DNA of 64,000 nt from Anaerohalosphaeraceae bacterium (GTDB lineage Bacteria; Planctomycetota; Phycisphaerae; Sedimentisphaerales; Anaerohalosphaeraceae): contig CAXXSL010000016.1 of assembly GCA_963675525.2 (NCBI GenBank), forward strand, positions 928,001-992,000. The letters run 5' to 3'. A model generated the notes under the pieces. The model was not told where the DNA came from. It did no database searches and was given only the letters and a program-made list of their open reading frames with translations. Shown here piece by piece: positions 30,523 to 40,887 of the stretch. Each line of letters starts with the position of its first letter. The stretch's first letter is position 1. The position numbers and the translations under genes are program-made.

Positions 30523-31033
30523 TTATCCAAAAAGATTTCTTAACAACTTAATTAGACCGCTTTCATGAGTAAGCTCTTCGTAACAACGCGGGCATAGTGG
30601 GACAACTCGACCGGTTACTTCTTGAAAGAGTTTTGTATGCCGAGCACAGAGCCGTTGAGTGAAACATTTAAAACAAAAACTCGCGCAGTTTTTGCAGAAA
30701 TGTGCATACTCCTCGGCTTGACGTTTGATGATATTTCCCTGATTGAATAATTCAATTACTTCTAAAGAGCACCAATCGCATGTTCCACCAATCTCTTGGA
30801 TGGAGAACATCATATGATTGCATCCCCCCCTTAATTCCCTGCGGCTGATTAAGTTCGATCCGCTCATCACTAACAGTTTCGATGACTCTAGCAATATTTC
30901 CGATATTAAGTTGAGTTGTTCCAGGTATCGGTGTCATATCAAGGACGGTATCAAGAGCTTGCCAGTTTGGGGGCAAGTTGAAGATATTTGGCTGCTGAGA
31001 CCTGTTAAGATGGTCAGGCAGAATAGGACTCAC
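30523..31033 (-). pseudogene. Cys-rich zinc-finger protein frameshifted at a G7 run
   Basis: Removing one G at 30824-30830 joins the two ORFs (IKGGCNH...CDWC..CKNC..CFKC..CARH..CPRC). Confidence 0.6.
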
Positions 31034-31104
31034 TTCAACACGAGTTAGATTTTCAGGTTTTTTTTGTGAAGAATTTTTTCAATATCTGAAACATAAAAAA
31101 TCAT

Positions 31105-31827
31105 TTATTCACATAGTTTAAACATTTGCCCACATTTCAAGCACTTTGCTTGAAAGTCGCTGATGGCAACTCGGACGTGAACTGGCCGGGGTTTACATTG
31201 GCAAATCCAGAGCCTGAGTTTTGATTTACTAGGTTTTGCAGGAGATTCTGGTATCGCTTGTGATGGCGGTAAATGTCCCTCTGGTTTTATATCGTATTTC
31301 TCAAGTAAATCCCAAAATGGTGAGGGAACTGGGCTATATTGCGTATATCCGGAGGGTGAGACAATTAATCCAAATGTTTCTGCACGATCTCTAAAGGGCT
31401 TAGTGTGATAATTACGGCTGCCAGGTTTTCCTGTCTGTTCCTGTTCTGCATGTAGCAACTCATGTAACAACGTTCCAAGAATTTCCCAATATTCTTGTTG
31501 ATGAAGGTATATCTCGTTAATTGCAATTTCGTTGCGAAGGCCAAATCCATTTCGACCATGCGTATATCGCCCATACCAATTGTGATTGATATCGTCAATC
31601 ATTATTGCCGGCGTAGTCGTTTTGAGTTTAAACTCAAAAATGAATCTTTCGGCCCACAAATGCAAGTCTTTTACTAGTGAATTATGATCCCAGTCTTCTG
31701 TGGAAATCTGGTGATGCATTAATTCTTTGTTAATACTTTCGGGCGAAATCTTATCATTTGTATTAAATTCTAATGAACTGTCATAGCCGATTGGATTAAC
31801 GGATTTCATTTTAATTTCTTCCTGCAT
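31105..31827 (-). CDS. SprT-like zinc metalloprotease with C-terminal zinc ribbon
   Basis: TLLHELLH, YHTKPF, CQC...CLKC. Confidence 0.85.
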   Translation of the reverse strand: MQEEIKMKSVNPIGYDSSLEFNTNDKISPESINKELMHHQISTEDWDHNSLVKDLHLWAERFIFEFKLKTTTPAIMIDDINHNWYGRYTHGRNGFGLRNEIAINEIYLHQQEYWEILGTLLHELLHAEQEQTGKPGSRNYHTKPFRDRAETFGLIVSPSGYTQYSPVPSPFWDLLEKYDIKPEGHLPPSQAIPESPAKPSKSKLRLWICQCKPRPVHVRVAISDFQAKCLKCGQMFKLCE

Positions 31828-31885
31828 TTGTTTACTCCGATATATTCATCTCCGTGTATGGAAGGTTTGGACGCGAGTTGACGTG

Positions 31886-32356
31886 TTATGTCGTGTTCGA
31901 TTTTTTATTTTTATAATATTTCAGCATGTTTTTCTTAGCTCGTCTGAGCCGATCACTGACTGCGCTTCGCTCAATCCCAAGTATTTTGGCAATTTCCTCC
32001 TGTTTTAATTCGTTTTTATATTTAAGGCATACTGCCTCCCACTGTTCGGATGTGAAAATATAAGGCGGGCAGTTCTGATAGAGCATAAACCCCTCATCCA
32101 ACCTTGTCTTTCTGATGGATCGAAGTGTGCTTTTATTCGGATTTATGATGACCTTGATATCATCATCGTTAGCTTCTTCGGGCTGGTGGGTATTGGGATC
32201 GTATTCCTCTATGCTCAGACCAGTCTTTTTTTCGCGGTGCCCGGCCCCTTTATTTCTTGCCGGCAATAACGGCTCAAGTACAAGACAGGTCTTGTCTCTT
32301 CTGTTTTTGTTGTATTTATCACATTCTGCTTTTCGGGTGCATTCCTGGCATGACAT
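31886..32356 (-). CDS. Sigma region-4-like HTH protein
   Basis: KQEEIAKILGIERSAVSDRLRRA; N-terminal CxxC cluster. Confidence 0.7.
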   Translation of the reverse strand: MSCQECTRKAECDKYNKNRRDKTCLVLEPLLPARNKGAGHREKKTGLSIEEYDPNTHQPEEANDDDIKVIINPNKSTLRSIRKTRLDEGFMLYQNCPPYIFTSEQWEAVCLKYKNELKQEEIAKILGIERSAVSDRLRRAKKNMLKYYKNKKSNTT

Positions 32357-32672
32357 TGGTTTCGGAGTACAAAATCTTCATATATACCTCCGCGACGATA
32401 GGAAATACCTGACAAAACCGAGTTATCAACTCGACATCCGAACATGTTGAAATATTCAGTTTTGTAAGGTCTTCAAACATTAACCGCCTTTTGTTAATTC
32501 TGGTAATACCACCCCATTTTTGTTAAACTTAGGTGTCGCCGTTTTTTGACTAACAAATGGGGGTTCTTAACCCTATTTAGAGAAACTTTCCGAAAGTGGC
32601 TCAGAAATCGGGCTGAAAACCGGGAGTGTTATTGCGATATATCTTTTTATTGAAAGGGGTTACGGTCGATAT

Positions 32673-35600
32673 ATGGTATCGCACGATAATTTAAAAAATA
32701 TTGAAAAAATATATTTTTCGGACAGTTCGGTGTTTTATCCTGCGGGAAAAGCAGAGCCAAAATCAGCTAATAGCCTTGAATGGCAACTTATAAAGGCATC
32801 TTTGACAGGAGAACCAATTCACTGGATAGACGGTTTTTTGATATTTGAAACTTGGCGCAATAACACCCAAAGGGGAAATTACCTTGACTTGTTTCGGACG
32901 ATAGCATCACGTGTACAAAGGCAATTGAAAACCATCAATATTAATGGATTTAAGATGGAACGTCCAGGAGCAAAGGAGATTTCTGGACATTGCAGGGCCC
33001 CGTCTGTCTTGAATCGAACATTCTCAATGCCATACAATTCGCCAAAAAAGGACGTCAGGCAATTTGCGAAGGTCGCGTAGAAGACGGCATTAATCTTGTA
33101 TTGCAATCCTATAATACTTGGGCCAATGCGAAAGCATTAACAGAAGCTCTTGTATGCTTGGTGGCACTGCCAACAAACCAACAGGAACATAAATCACTTT
33201 CTGAGCTCCGACAGTTTCTTATTGACACAAAGATGGAAGTTGTATTAGCTTTAGCAAAGGTTATAGCCTTAGGTGTTGAAAGATCAAATGGATTAAATCA
33301 AAACCTAATTGAGATGGCAGCAATAAGATGGGGTGGATTATTATCTGATCTTCATGTCAGTCTAGGTATTTTTGAAGGAACCTATCATAAAGAGATTATC
33401 AATAACACTCTTCTTAATGAATTTATTTCTTACGCAAATAAATACTGCGAATATCTAAATGAGATTAATCAGAAAGGAAGCCAAGTTGATTTAGAGATAT
33501 CTCGACAGGAATCTTCGCTGTTACTAAGCAAAGTTGTAAACTGTGATTTTGTCAAGGAAGCCGCAGAACAAGTCACGTGTTATTATGAAGAGATTAGTTA
33601 TCTTAGACAATACGTTAATATGGTTAATGAATCATTGGCAATGGCCGTTCATGATTTTATCTGGGAATTTAATTTTCCATTAAATGAACAGATTAATATT
33701 TTCCCTGCTTTTTGTGAATACCTTGGGAAGTTTATAAGAAAAGACGCTATAAAAGCTGGACTTGAGGACATTTATAAGGTTAAAGATGAAAACACATCTC
33801 AAAAGGAGGCGATTGCTTCACTGCTTCAAGATATTATAGCTCCCGATGATTTAAATACTCGCATCAAAGAGATTATTAAAACATATAGTTGCAATAAAAG
33901 CACATATGAAAGCGATGAATCTGATTCAGTAAAATGGAATGACTTTAATAGACATGACAATCTTATTTATGCACAGTTGAATGAGATTGAAGCAATCAGT
34001 CACAAAACATTAGGCCGGATTGATGATCTCAATAATAAAATATTTAAAGAATCGCAGACTTTCAAATTAGAAAATAAGCTCCGTGAACTGGAATCGTCCC
34101 TTGTTAGTGATGCATATTTATTTACGGATAAGGTAGAAAACCTGATTAAAAAACGCAAATACAACAACATTGAGCAATTATCCGAAGTGGTTCTTTTATT
34201 GCTAAAAAGAGCGAGACAAGCTAATAATCTATCTGAAGCCATATGCAATGGAATAGAAAAAAAAATATGTAAAGCATTAGGATTGCTATTTATCAAAAAA
34301 GAAAGATTTGAAAGTGCAGTAGAACAATTACAGCGTTCATTATTTCTAGACTCAGCAGACAATGAGACTAAGGTCTTTCTCGCGTTCTCCATGAAATCAA
34401 TCGGAAAATACGCCGCTGCACTTAAAATATACGATGAATTAACAGCTCTGCAACTAGATAATTTCGAAGTCTACTATAATAAAGCATTAACATTACGGGA
34501 AATAGAACAGCATAAAGATGCAATACGATGCTATGAGAGAGCACTAGAACTAAATCCCAACAGTCCTTATATTTGGATGGACTTAGCAATATCTTATAGA
34601 TCAACAAAACAGCCTGTTAAGGCCTTATCTTCACTTGATAAGGCTATCGCTATAGATCCCAATAACATTATTTTTTGGTTTTACAAAGGCCTTTGTCAAT
34701 CGGGTCTTTTTCATAACGAGGATGCATATCATTCTTTTAAAAAGTGTGCTCAATTGAAGCCTCACATTGAAGGCTTAAATTTTATGCATGGATTTGCAAG
34801 TCTAGTAACAGGGAGATTTACTGAAGCGTCCAAATTATTCAAAGAAGCCATAGCTGAGGAACCTGAGGATTACAGCATATGGTTTCATTATGCAACCTCA
34901 CTGTATTATCTGGGGCAGTATGAAGCTTCTGTTGAAGCTGCTGATAATGCATTAAAGGGAGATTCTAATTTCTTTGGCACTTGGGCAGTTAAAGGCTATA
35001 GTCAGCTTGGATTAAGAAAGTATAAGGAAGCAATATGTTCTTTAGAAAAAGCGATGTCTGGTACTGATCGGCCAGGCAATATTCTTTTGGGTAAGTTTGT
35101 ATATTGCTTGAAAATGGACGGAGAGCATGAAACTGCAGTTAAGTACCTTGAACAAGCCGTGAGTCTGAGTCCAGACGACGTTGGTTTATGGTATTGCTTA
35201 GGAGAGTTATATTTCTTTCTCAGAGATTATCCAAAATCATTGATTGCTATGAACCATATAATAAGACTTGATCCAAAACACTATGATGCTCTTATTTGTA
35301 AGTCGAAAGTATTAACTTTCCATGGTACAGCTCAAGATAGCCTCGATACTTTGAAGGAGGCAATTGAAATAGAACCATCACGAATAGAGGCATATTCAGA
35401 GATTGCTCACAAGCTGTCAGTTTTTGGAAGGTACAAACAAGCAATTCCTTTTCTGAGAAAAATGATTGAACTTAATCCAACAGAAGCCAAATGGTATTTG
35501 ATCCTTGCCGAGTTAAAGAGTATAAGAAAAAATAGATTTGAAAGCGAGGCTTTGTTTACGATAGCTAACAATTTGTCACCCTTATATTTTAAAGTGGGCG

Positions 35601-35740
35601 ATAGAGTTGTCAGGTACTTTATCACTAGGTCTTTGTTTGCTTCGATTTATGCTAAATTGCTCCAGAAAGCCAGCTGTATCCTGCCTAACAGAAAAACATC
35701 CAATACTCCAATAAATGTTTTTGGCAAACTAAAATGGTAG
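32673..35740 (+). CDS. Large TPR-repeat protein (probable frameshift near 32990)
   Basis: Many TPRs (e.g. AIRCYERALELNPNS); ORF 32673-33080 overlaps 32990-35740, which lacks a good start. Confidence 0.75.
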
Positions 35741-35784
35741 CGTCTGCTTTTATTTTTCTTCCTCCTTATTTAAGTCGACTTTCG

Positions 35785-35837
35785 CTAAAAAGCTTAAAAG
35801 GCGCTTCCAAAGTCAGCTAACCATTTAAGCTTTTTGG
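35785..35837. repeat. Conserved hairpin motif, copy A
   Basis: AAAAAGCTTAAAAGG-CGCTTC..TCAGCTAA-CCATTTAAGCTTTTT. Confidence 0.75.
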
Positions 35838-35995
35838 TTTTCAATTCCTTTTGCATCAACCCCGCTTCAGGCAACATGTTCAGAAAATTCTTTTCTTCAC
35901 GGGGACAGGGCTTCCCTGGAAATGATATGAGCCCACAGAGGTGGACTCGAAAGGGTTAAGCCTAAACCATCAAATGAAAGGAGGAAATAAAAACA

Positions 35996-36601
35996 ATGCA
36001 AGAACAAATACAAGAAAATGAAGCAATCAAGATAACTCGGGCCGGTATGGAGGAAGAACTGGGCAGTGCTTATAAACGATGTTGGGCGTTTGCTTTTCAG
36101 TATGCCTCCGAGGAACTGGATTTCGAAGACCAGACCGAAAAACTTTGCCGGGAGTTTGATTTAATCAGACCGCAGGCAGAATGGTTTATTAAGGGGGCCA
36201 ACGCCATTTTATTTAAGCAAGAAGCCAAACAAATCCGGCAAGACAATTCCAAAGAGAATAGGCAACGGCAGCTCGCTGATTTTACTTCGACTCAGCCAAC
36301 AAAACCAAATTATTTTGAAAACTATGTTTCTCAATTGGAGATGATGAGTTTTTTAGAAGATGTCGAGGATATGAGCCAAAACCCAGACTTTATAGAGTTT
36401 TGGGAAGACTTGAAGGCCTTAAAAGACAAGGTGATAGAACAGCGATGCGCAACCGAAAAAGAGGTTTTAAGGGTTTTTAAAATCCGTTCAATCGTTGAGG
36501 GAAAACGGGAGGAAAAAGAGCGTTTTTTTGACGCTTACCCCGTCAGCACCGATGCCTGGGAAAACGGTTATTTCGATATAGCCGGAGAAATTGTTTATTA
36601 G
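35996..36601 (+). CDS. Hypothetical acidic protein
   Basis: AAGGAGG RBS; 201-aa ORF. Confidence 0.7.
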   Translation: MQEQIQENEAIKITRAGMEEELGSAYKRCWAFAFQYASEELDFEDQTEKLCREFDLIRPQAEWFIKGANAILFKQEAKQIRQDNSKENRQRQLADFTSTQPTKPNYFENYVSQLEMMSFLEDVEDMSQNPDFIEFWEDLKALKDKVIEQRCATEKEVLRVFKIRSIVEGKREEKERFFDAYPVSTDAWENGYFDIAGEIVY

Positions 36602-36833
36602 GGCATTTTTGCCCTTTCCCTTTTTTCAAGATAGCTGGGACTATCCGTCGCGGCGGCACTCACTATCGTTCGTGCCAAAAGTTTTGTCGTATTACTGTTG
36701 TGCCTTTGGCCAAACAGTAATTCAACTTTGCAGGGCTTGTTCAACCCAACTTGTCCATATGCAAACACTATATCAATTTTTTCCTGATTCCTGTGAAAAA
36801 ATTCATAAGTAATTGAAAGGAGGTAAAGTAGCA

Positions 36834-37133
36834 ATGAAAACTGAAAAGTATCCTAAGAATAATGGGTCGGAAGGTATCCGATACATGCTTGAAAAAGGCG
36901 ATGTCATCACCGCTCTTTTCTCGTCACCAAAAGAAAACCTTTTGGGTAATTCGAAATACGCTTCGTATTCGATCAAGGCTGTCTGGAACGACAAAGAAAT
37001 CTTTGTGACGTTGACGCACGGCCAGTTCAAACGGCTTGTCGGGATCGGAAACCTCGAAGGCAAAAAGCTTGTCGCGGTCGGATATTCCGGACCGACGGGA
37101 AAAGAACTGATCGGACTGGACCTTCTTGAGTGA
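36834..37133 (+). CDS. Hypothetical protein, possibly OB-fold
   Basis: AAGGAGG RBS; beta-rich pattern; the fold is a guess. Confidence 0.6.
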   Translation: MKTEKYPKNNGSEGIRYMLEKGDVITALFSSPKENLLGNSKYASYSIKAVWNDKEIFVTLTHGQFKRLVGIGNLEGKKLVAVGYSGPTGKELIGLDLLE

Positions 37134-37229
37134 ACCTCAAAACAAATTACATTATTTTTTTTGTTTTTTAAAACCCGATTTTTTCTTCATTAACATGTGA
37201 AGAAAAAATCTTTACGTATTATATAAAAG

Positions 37230-37784
37230 ATGGAAATGACACATTTTATTGACTGGCATGAGGAGTTCAAAGAGCATCCTGACCGGTGGCTCAACCACGG
37301 TCGGCGAGTCGCTGAGCAAAGCTGTAAGCACCAAAGCCAGGATAACGGCAGCTGCGAAACCAATATGCGATACTCCGGCTGGTGTGAGGAATGCGACTTT
37401 TACGAAGACAGTTGTGAGCCAATGATGAATTATGGCTATCCGTTATACGGTGTGCCAGACGATGATAAAATCCTTCACGTTATTCAGAAGACCTGTCTGA
37501 CCGTCATGGAAAATGATGAGACCGGAGAGTGTTTTCTGGTTTTGTGCGGCGGCGGGATGAATTTGAGTCAATCGATTGCCCATGCCTATCTTTTGGCCGG
37601 ACAGAGAATTCCTGATGAACTGGTGTTTGAAGTCAGTACACAACCCTGTTTGAGTGTGAGCAAAAGCGATTATATTCAGGTTATGCGGGAATGCAGAAAA
37701 GAGCTAAAAGATATTCGAAGGCGAGCTTCACATCGTCTCGAAGAGATTGACAACGCTCTCAAGAAGTTTTTCGAGGCGGCCTGA
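37230..37784 (+). CDS. Hypothetical protein
   Basis: 184-aa ORF with CEEC, PMMNY and LCGGGMNLS motifs. Confidence 0.65.
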   Translation: MEMTHFIDWHEEFKEHPDRWLNHGRRVAEQSCKHQSQDNGSCETNMRYSGWCEECDFYEDSCEPMMNYGYPLYGVPDDDKILHVIQKTCLTVMENDETGECFLVLCGGGMNLSQSIAHAYLLAGQRIPDELVFEVSTQPCLSVSKSDYIQVMRECRKELKDIRRRASHRLEEIDNALKKFFEAA

Positions 37785-37817
37785 TCAAAAATTTGAAAGG
37801 AGGATGATAATTGAAAA

Positions 37818-38213
37818 ATGAGCGTTATGAGATTTTCTGACAAAGACCTTAGCTGCATCTACGGCAGCCTGGCCGACACCGTCTCCCATCCGTCCTTTAT
37901 GATGAGTATCGACGAAGAGTCACTTATGCCGTTTATAATTCGTGTCGGACTGTGCAATCGATTGGCTTACGAATACAACTATCACAACGAAAAGGCTTCA
38001 GAACTTGTCTTAAAGATTCCGACGGTCAGTGAGTCAGACTATTCGGATATGCCTTTAAAAAAGCTAATCGAACAATTATTGCTGCTGGATTACAACTGTG
38101 TCACCAATTCAGGCAGGTGTTTTTTAGATCAGAAGGACAAAGAATTGTTGGATCAATTAGTTTATTGTCTGCGGGTTCGGTATATCGAGATACTGGAAAG
38201 CCAAAAGAGATAA
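37818..38213 (+). CDS. Hypothetical protein
   Basis: AAGGAGG RBS; NRLAYEYNY..LDYNC. Confidence 0.65.
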   Translation: MSVMRFSDKDLSCIYGSLADTVSHPSFMMSIDEESLMPFIIRVGLCNRLAYEYNYHNEKASELVLKIPTVSESDYSDMPLKKLIEQLLLLDYNCVTNSGRCFLDQKDKELLDQLVYCLRVRYIEILESQKR

Positions 38214-38329
38214 TGGTAAAGTGCGAAGAATGCGGAAGCAGCGGGGTTTATGTGGATGCAGAAACCGATATTGCCTGGTGTAAAAACTGCGGCTATCGGG
38301 AAGGGGTTGACTATCGGGCAGAACCTTAA
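38213..38329 (+). CDS. 38-aa zinc-ribbon peptide
   Basis: MVKCEECG...WCKNCGY; TAATG coupling to the upstream gene. Confidence 0.6.
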   Translation: MVKCEECGSSGVYVDAETDIAWCKNCGYREGVDYRAEP

Positions 38330-38449
38330 CAGTTCACCCGTCATACTGATTGTCTTATTTTTTCACTTTCTCTTCGGAGAGATCTGAATCCGTGGGATTT
38401 AAAAAGACTCTTTTGTTTATTCATAAAATGTAAGGAGGTTTAATGGACT

Positions 38450-38782
38450 ATGGAATTGTTGACAAAGGCGATTCGAAACAGCCTGCCACCGCTTTATGCA
38501 CAGGACGGCAAGGGTGGCGATGCGACGGTGTATATCAAGTACTTCTGTCCTGATTTTTCCTGGACATGGTATGTGCTGGAAGGCTCGCCGGTGCTGAATG
38601 AAAACGGTGTCGAGATCGATTTTGAGTTTTTCGGTTTGGTTGACGGCTTTGAAAAAGAACTGGGCTATTTTCGGTTAAGCGACTTGAAGTCCTTTCGAGG
38701 CAAACTGGGACTTCCCATTGAGCGGGATCTGTATTTTTCACCCAAGCCGCTCAAGGAGATTGTACCGGGGCTTCTGGATTGA
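38450..38782 (+). CDS. DUF2958-like protein
   Basis: LPPLYAQD, KYFCPDFSWTWY, FFGLVDGFEKELGYF, IERDLYF. Confidence 0.8.
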   Translation: MELLTKAIRNSLPPLYAQDGKGGDATVYIKYFCPDFSWTWYVLEGSPVLNENGVEIDFEFFGLVDGFEKELGYFRLSDLKSFRGKLGLPIERDLYFSPKPLKEIVPGLLD

Positions 38783-39056
38783 GAAGGAACACAGGGAGAA
38801 TCAGTATTTATATGTTTGATATTTTAGGCCACAGGGTATTACCCTGTATGGACCTTTTTTGATTTAGCAACCCGCCATGGCAGAATAGGCCGCTCAACCA
38901 ATTCTGAGATTTCACGAGAGATGTTTTTGATCTCTTCGATTTGAGAATCGAATTTCTTGCTGAGATTAATAATTTTCTGATTCAGATCCGTTTTTCTCAT
39001 AATTAGTGTAACGTAGTGGCCGTATATAAATATTTCGAAGGCGGCACCGGGGGCGA

Positions 39057-39122
39057 CCAAACTCATAAAAGGCACTTCGCCTGTTGACTTGTGTGGGCTC
39101 AGCTAACCTTTTAAGTCTTTGG
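39057..39122. repeat. Conserved hairpin motif, copy B
   Basis: CCAAACTCATAAAAGG-CACTTC..TCAGCTAA-CCTTTTAAGTCTTTGG. Confidence 0.75.
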
Positions 39123-39301
39123 CCTTAAACGCTGGTGAGTGTCACTTTACCGCTTCATCGACAATGACGCCCATCACAATAAATGCGTTCGGTGTTCGCA
39201 TTTATTTTTTCCGCTCTATGATTTTCCCATAACCTTTTAGGTTTTTCCCCTGACGGGTCGCTTCGCTAAAAACGTAAAAGGCAGGGAAATTCGCCGAGCT
39301 T

Positions 39302-39883
39302 ATGGAAAAAATAAATTACCACGAACACGAACTTGCTTGGATTGATGGGCTTTTGACAATAGTCGATTCCGCTCGTCGTATTCTTGTGACATTGAGGCAA
39401 TCGCGGCAAGAGGAGCCAACACCAACCTACGAACAGAAGCGAATGTTGGGTTTGTTAGGGTTGCGATACACTTCACACGTTACGCAACAGGACGCGAAAA
39501 AGATGATCGACTTCCGTTGTAAAAGCATCCTTGAATCAATTGTTGAACGGAAAGCTAGACCTGAATATAAGACCACCTCTTTTTCTGACCTATTCATATT
39601 ACTGAAAGGAGGTGATGGAACTATGGAATTGAAAGATTTACCGGGTACATACGCGTTACCAATCTTAAAGCTTCCGGAGACTTCTTATTATATCGATTTG
39701 GCCTTAAAACAATTCAGAGAAGTCGATAATCCAATGAGCTATATTGACTTTGACAGTTCGGATGGAATAACGCTATGCAAATACGCAAAGATTGTTTCCT
39801 GTTCTTGCAGTGTTTGTGCAATTGTTGCGAGACCATTAGAAGCCCAGATTTGCTGTACTAAAGGTCTTCATACGCTGGAGTAA
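39302..39883 (+). CDS. Hypothetical ORF, probably two genes in frame (second start at 39623)
   Basis: N-terminal half is paralogous to 40108-40359; internal AAGGAGGTGAT RBS before MELKDL. Confidence 0.55.
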   Translation: MEKINYHEHELAWIDGLLTIVDSARRILVTLRQSRQEEPTPTYEQKRMLGLLGLRYTSHVTQQDAKKMIDFRCKSILESIVERKARPEYKTTSFSDLFILLKGGDGTMELKDLPGTYALPILKLPETSYYIDLALKQFREVDNPMSYIDFDSSDGITLCKYAKIVSCSCSVCAIVARPLEAQICCTKGLHTLE

Positions 39884-40107
39884 ACTGAATCAAGGTATTA
39901 CTGTTTCATTATAGGGGTATCCACCCCTTTTTGTTTTATTAAAGCATTTGGCTGGGGGGGGGCATAAGCACGCCCGAAAACCATAAAAACTTTGTTGACT
40001 GGCATGGAAATAAACAAAGTATTTAAGGTCGTCGGTCTATGGGTTGTGTTCAGCCATTTTCGCCTTTCAGTCTCAATCTCGTTTGTTTTTATTTTTTTCT
40101 GACAAGG

Positions 40108-40359
40108 ATGAAAAAAATAAATTATAACAAACAAGAACGAGACTTAGTTGACAGGCTTTTGGAGCTACTTGAGCCTAAGATTCTTTCTCGACCAGCAAGG
40201 CAAACTGGACGCGTTACAGAACCGGCATCAAGGAAGCAATTAGAGATATTGGCTAATCTTGGGATTTATCCAAAGTGGCAAGCTACAAGGTATGAAGCTG
40301 AAGAGATGATAGTGAATTACAAGTTGATTGTAAGTTCTGCAAATAGAAGACCCTATTAG
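40108..40359 (+). CDS. Small protein with DUF3072-like motif
   Basis: MKKINY..EPASRKQLEILANLG..TRYEAEEMI. Confidence 0.55.
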   Translation: MKKINYNKQERDLVDRLLELLEPKILSRPARQTGRVTEPASRKQLEILANLGIYPKWQATRYEAEEMIVNYKLIVSSANRRPY

Positions 40360-40393
40360 GTCTTTTTTTTGGCATTTATGTATGACTGGTGGC

Positions 40394-40449
40394 AGCCAAA
40401 CTTATAAAAGGCGCTTCGCAGGCTCAGCTAACCTTTTAAGTCTTTGGCT
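40394..40449. repeat. Conserved hairpin motif, copy C
   Basis: GCCAAACTTATAAAAGG-CGCTTCGCAGGCTCAGCTAA-CCTTTTAAGTCTTTGGC. Confidence 0.75.
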
Positions 40450-40459
40450 TATGTTGCTA

Positions 40460-40620
40460 GTCCGGCAGGCCGGACATATGGACATCGGCGATGTCAGATT
40501 TAGTTGGCCCTGACGGGCAGATTGGGGTCACTTCGTGACCCGATACAAGGGTGTCCTTCGGACACAGATAAGACTCCTTCGGAGTCAGGGATTTCATCCC
40601 CGCTCCCTCCGGTCGCGGGG
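40460..40620. other. Array of seven consecutive mini-hairpins
   Basis: Stems at 40460, 40481, 40507, 40525, 40551, 40572 and 40598, separated by 5-11 nt. Confidence 0.8.
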
Positions 40621-40887
40621 GATTATGTGTGTTTTGTTTATTAGTTACTCTATGGAACGAACGGAGTTCTACCGTCGATTTCACTTAGGTTTTTTTCTGT
40701 TCCGTTTTGGAATGGTAGATAAAGGCCCTGGAACGGGAACACAAAGACACAATCTAACCTCTGATTTTATAATAGCTTATCGTTTCAACTGCGTTTATTC
40801 GATTTTGCGGCGGCGGAACACAAAATCACGGTATCGAAAGGTATATAAAGGCGTGTGATTTGGTATATGTAGAGGCAGAGGTGAGCC

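Noticed and set aside
35915..35975. Hammerhead-like TGA..stem..GAAA
   Set aside because: Lacks the CUGANGA core and stems I/III.
40460..40620. CRISPR array
   Set aside because: The stems differ in sequence, the spacers are only 5-11 nt, and no cas genes are present.
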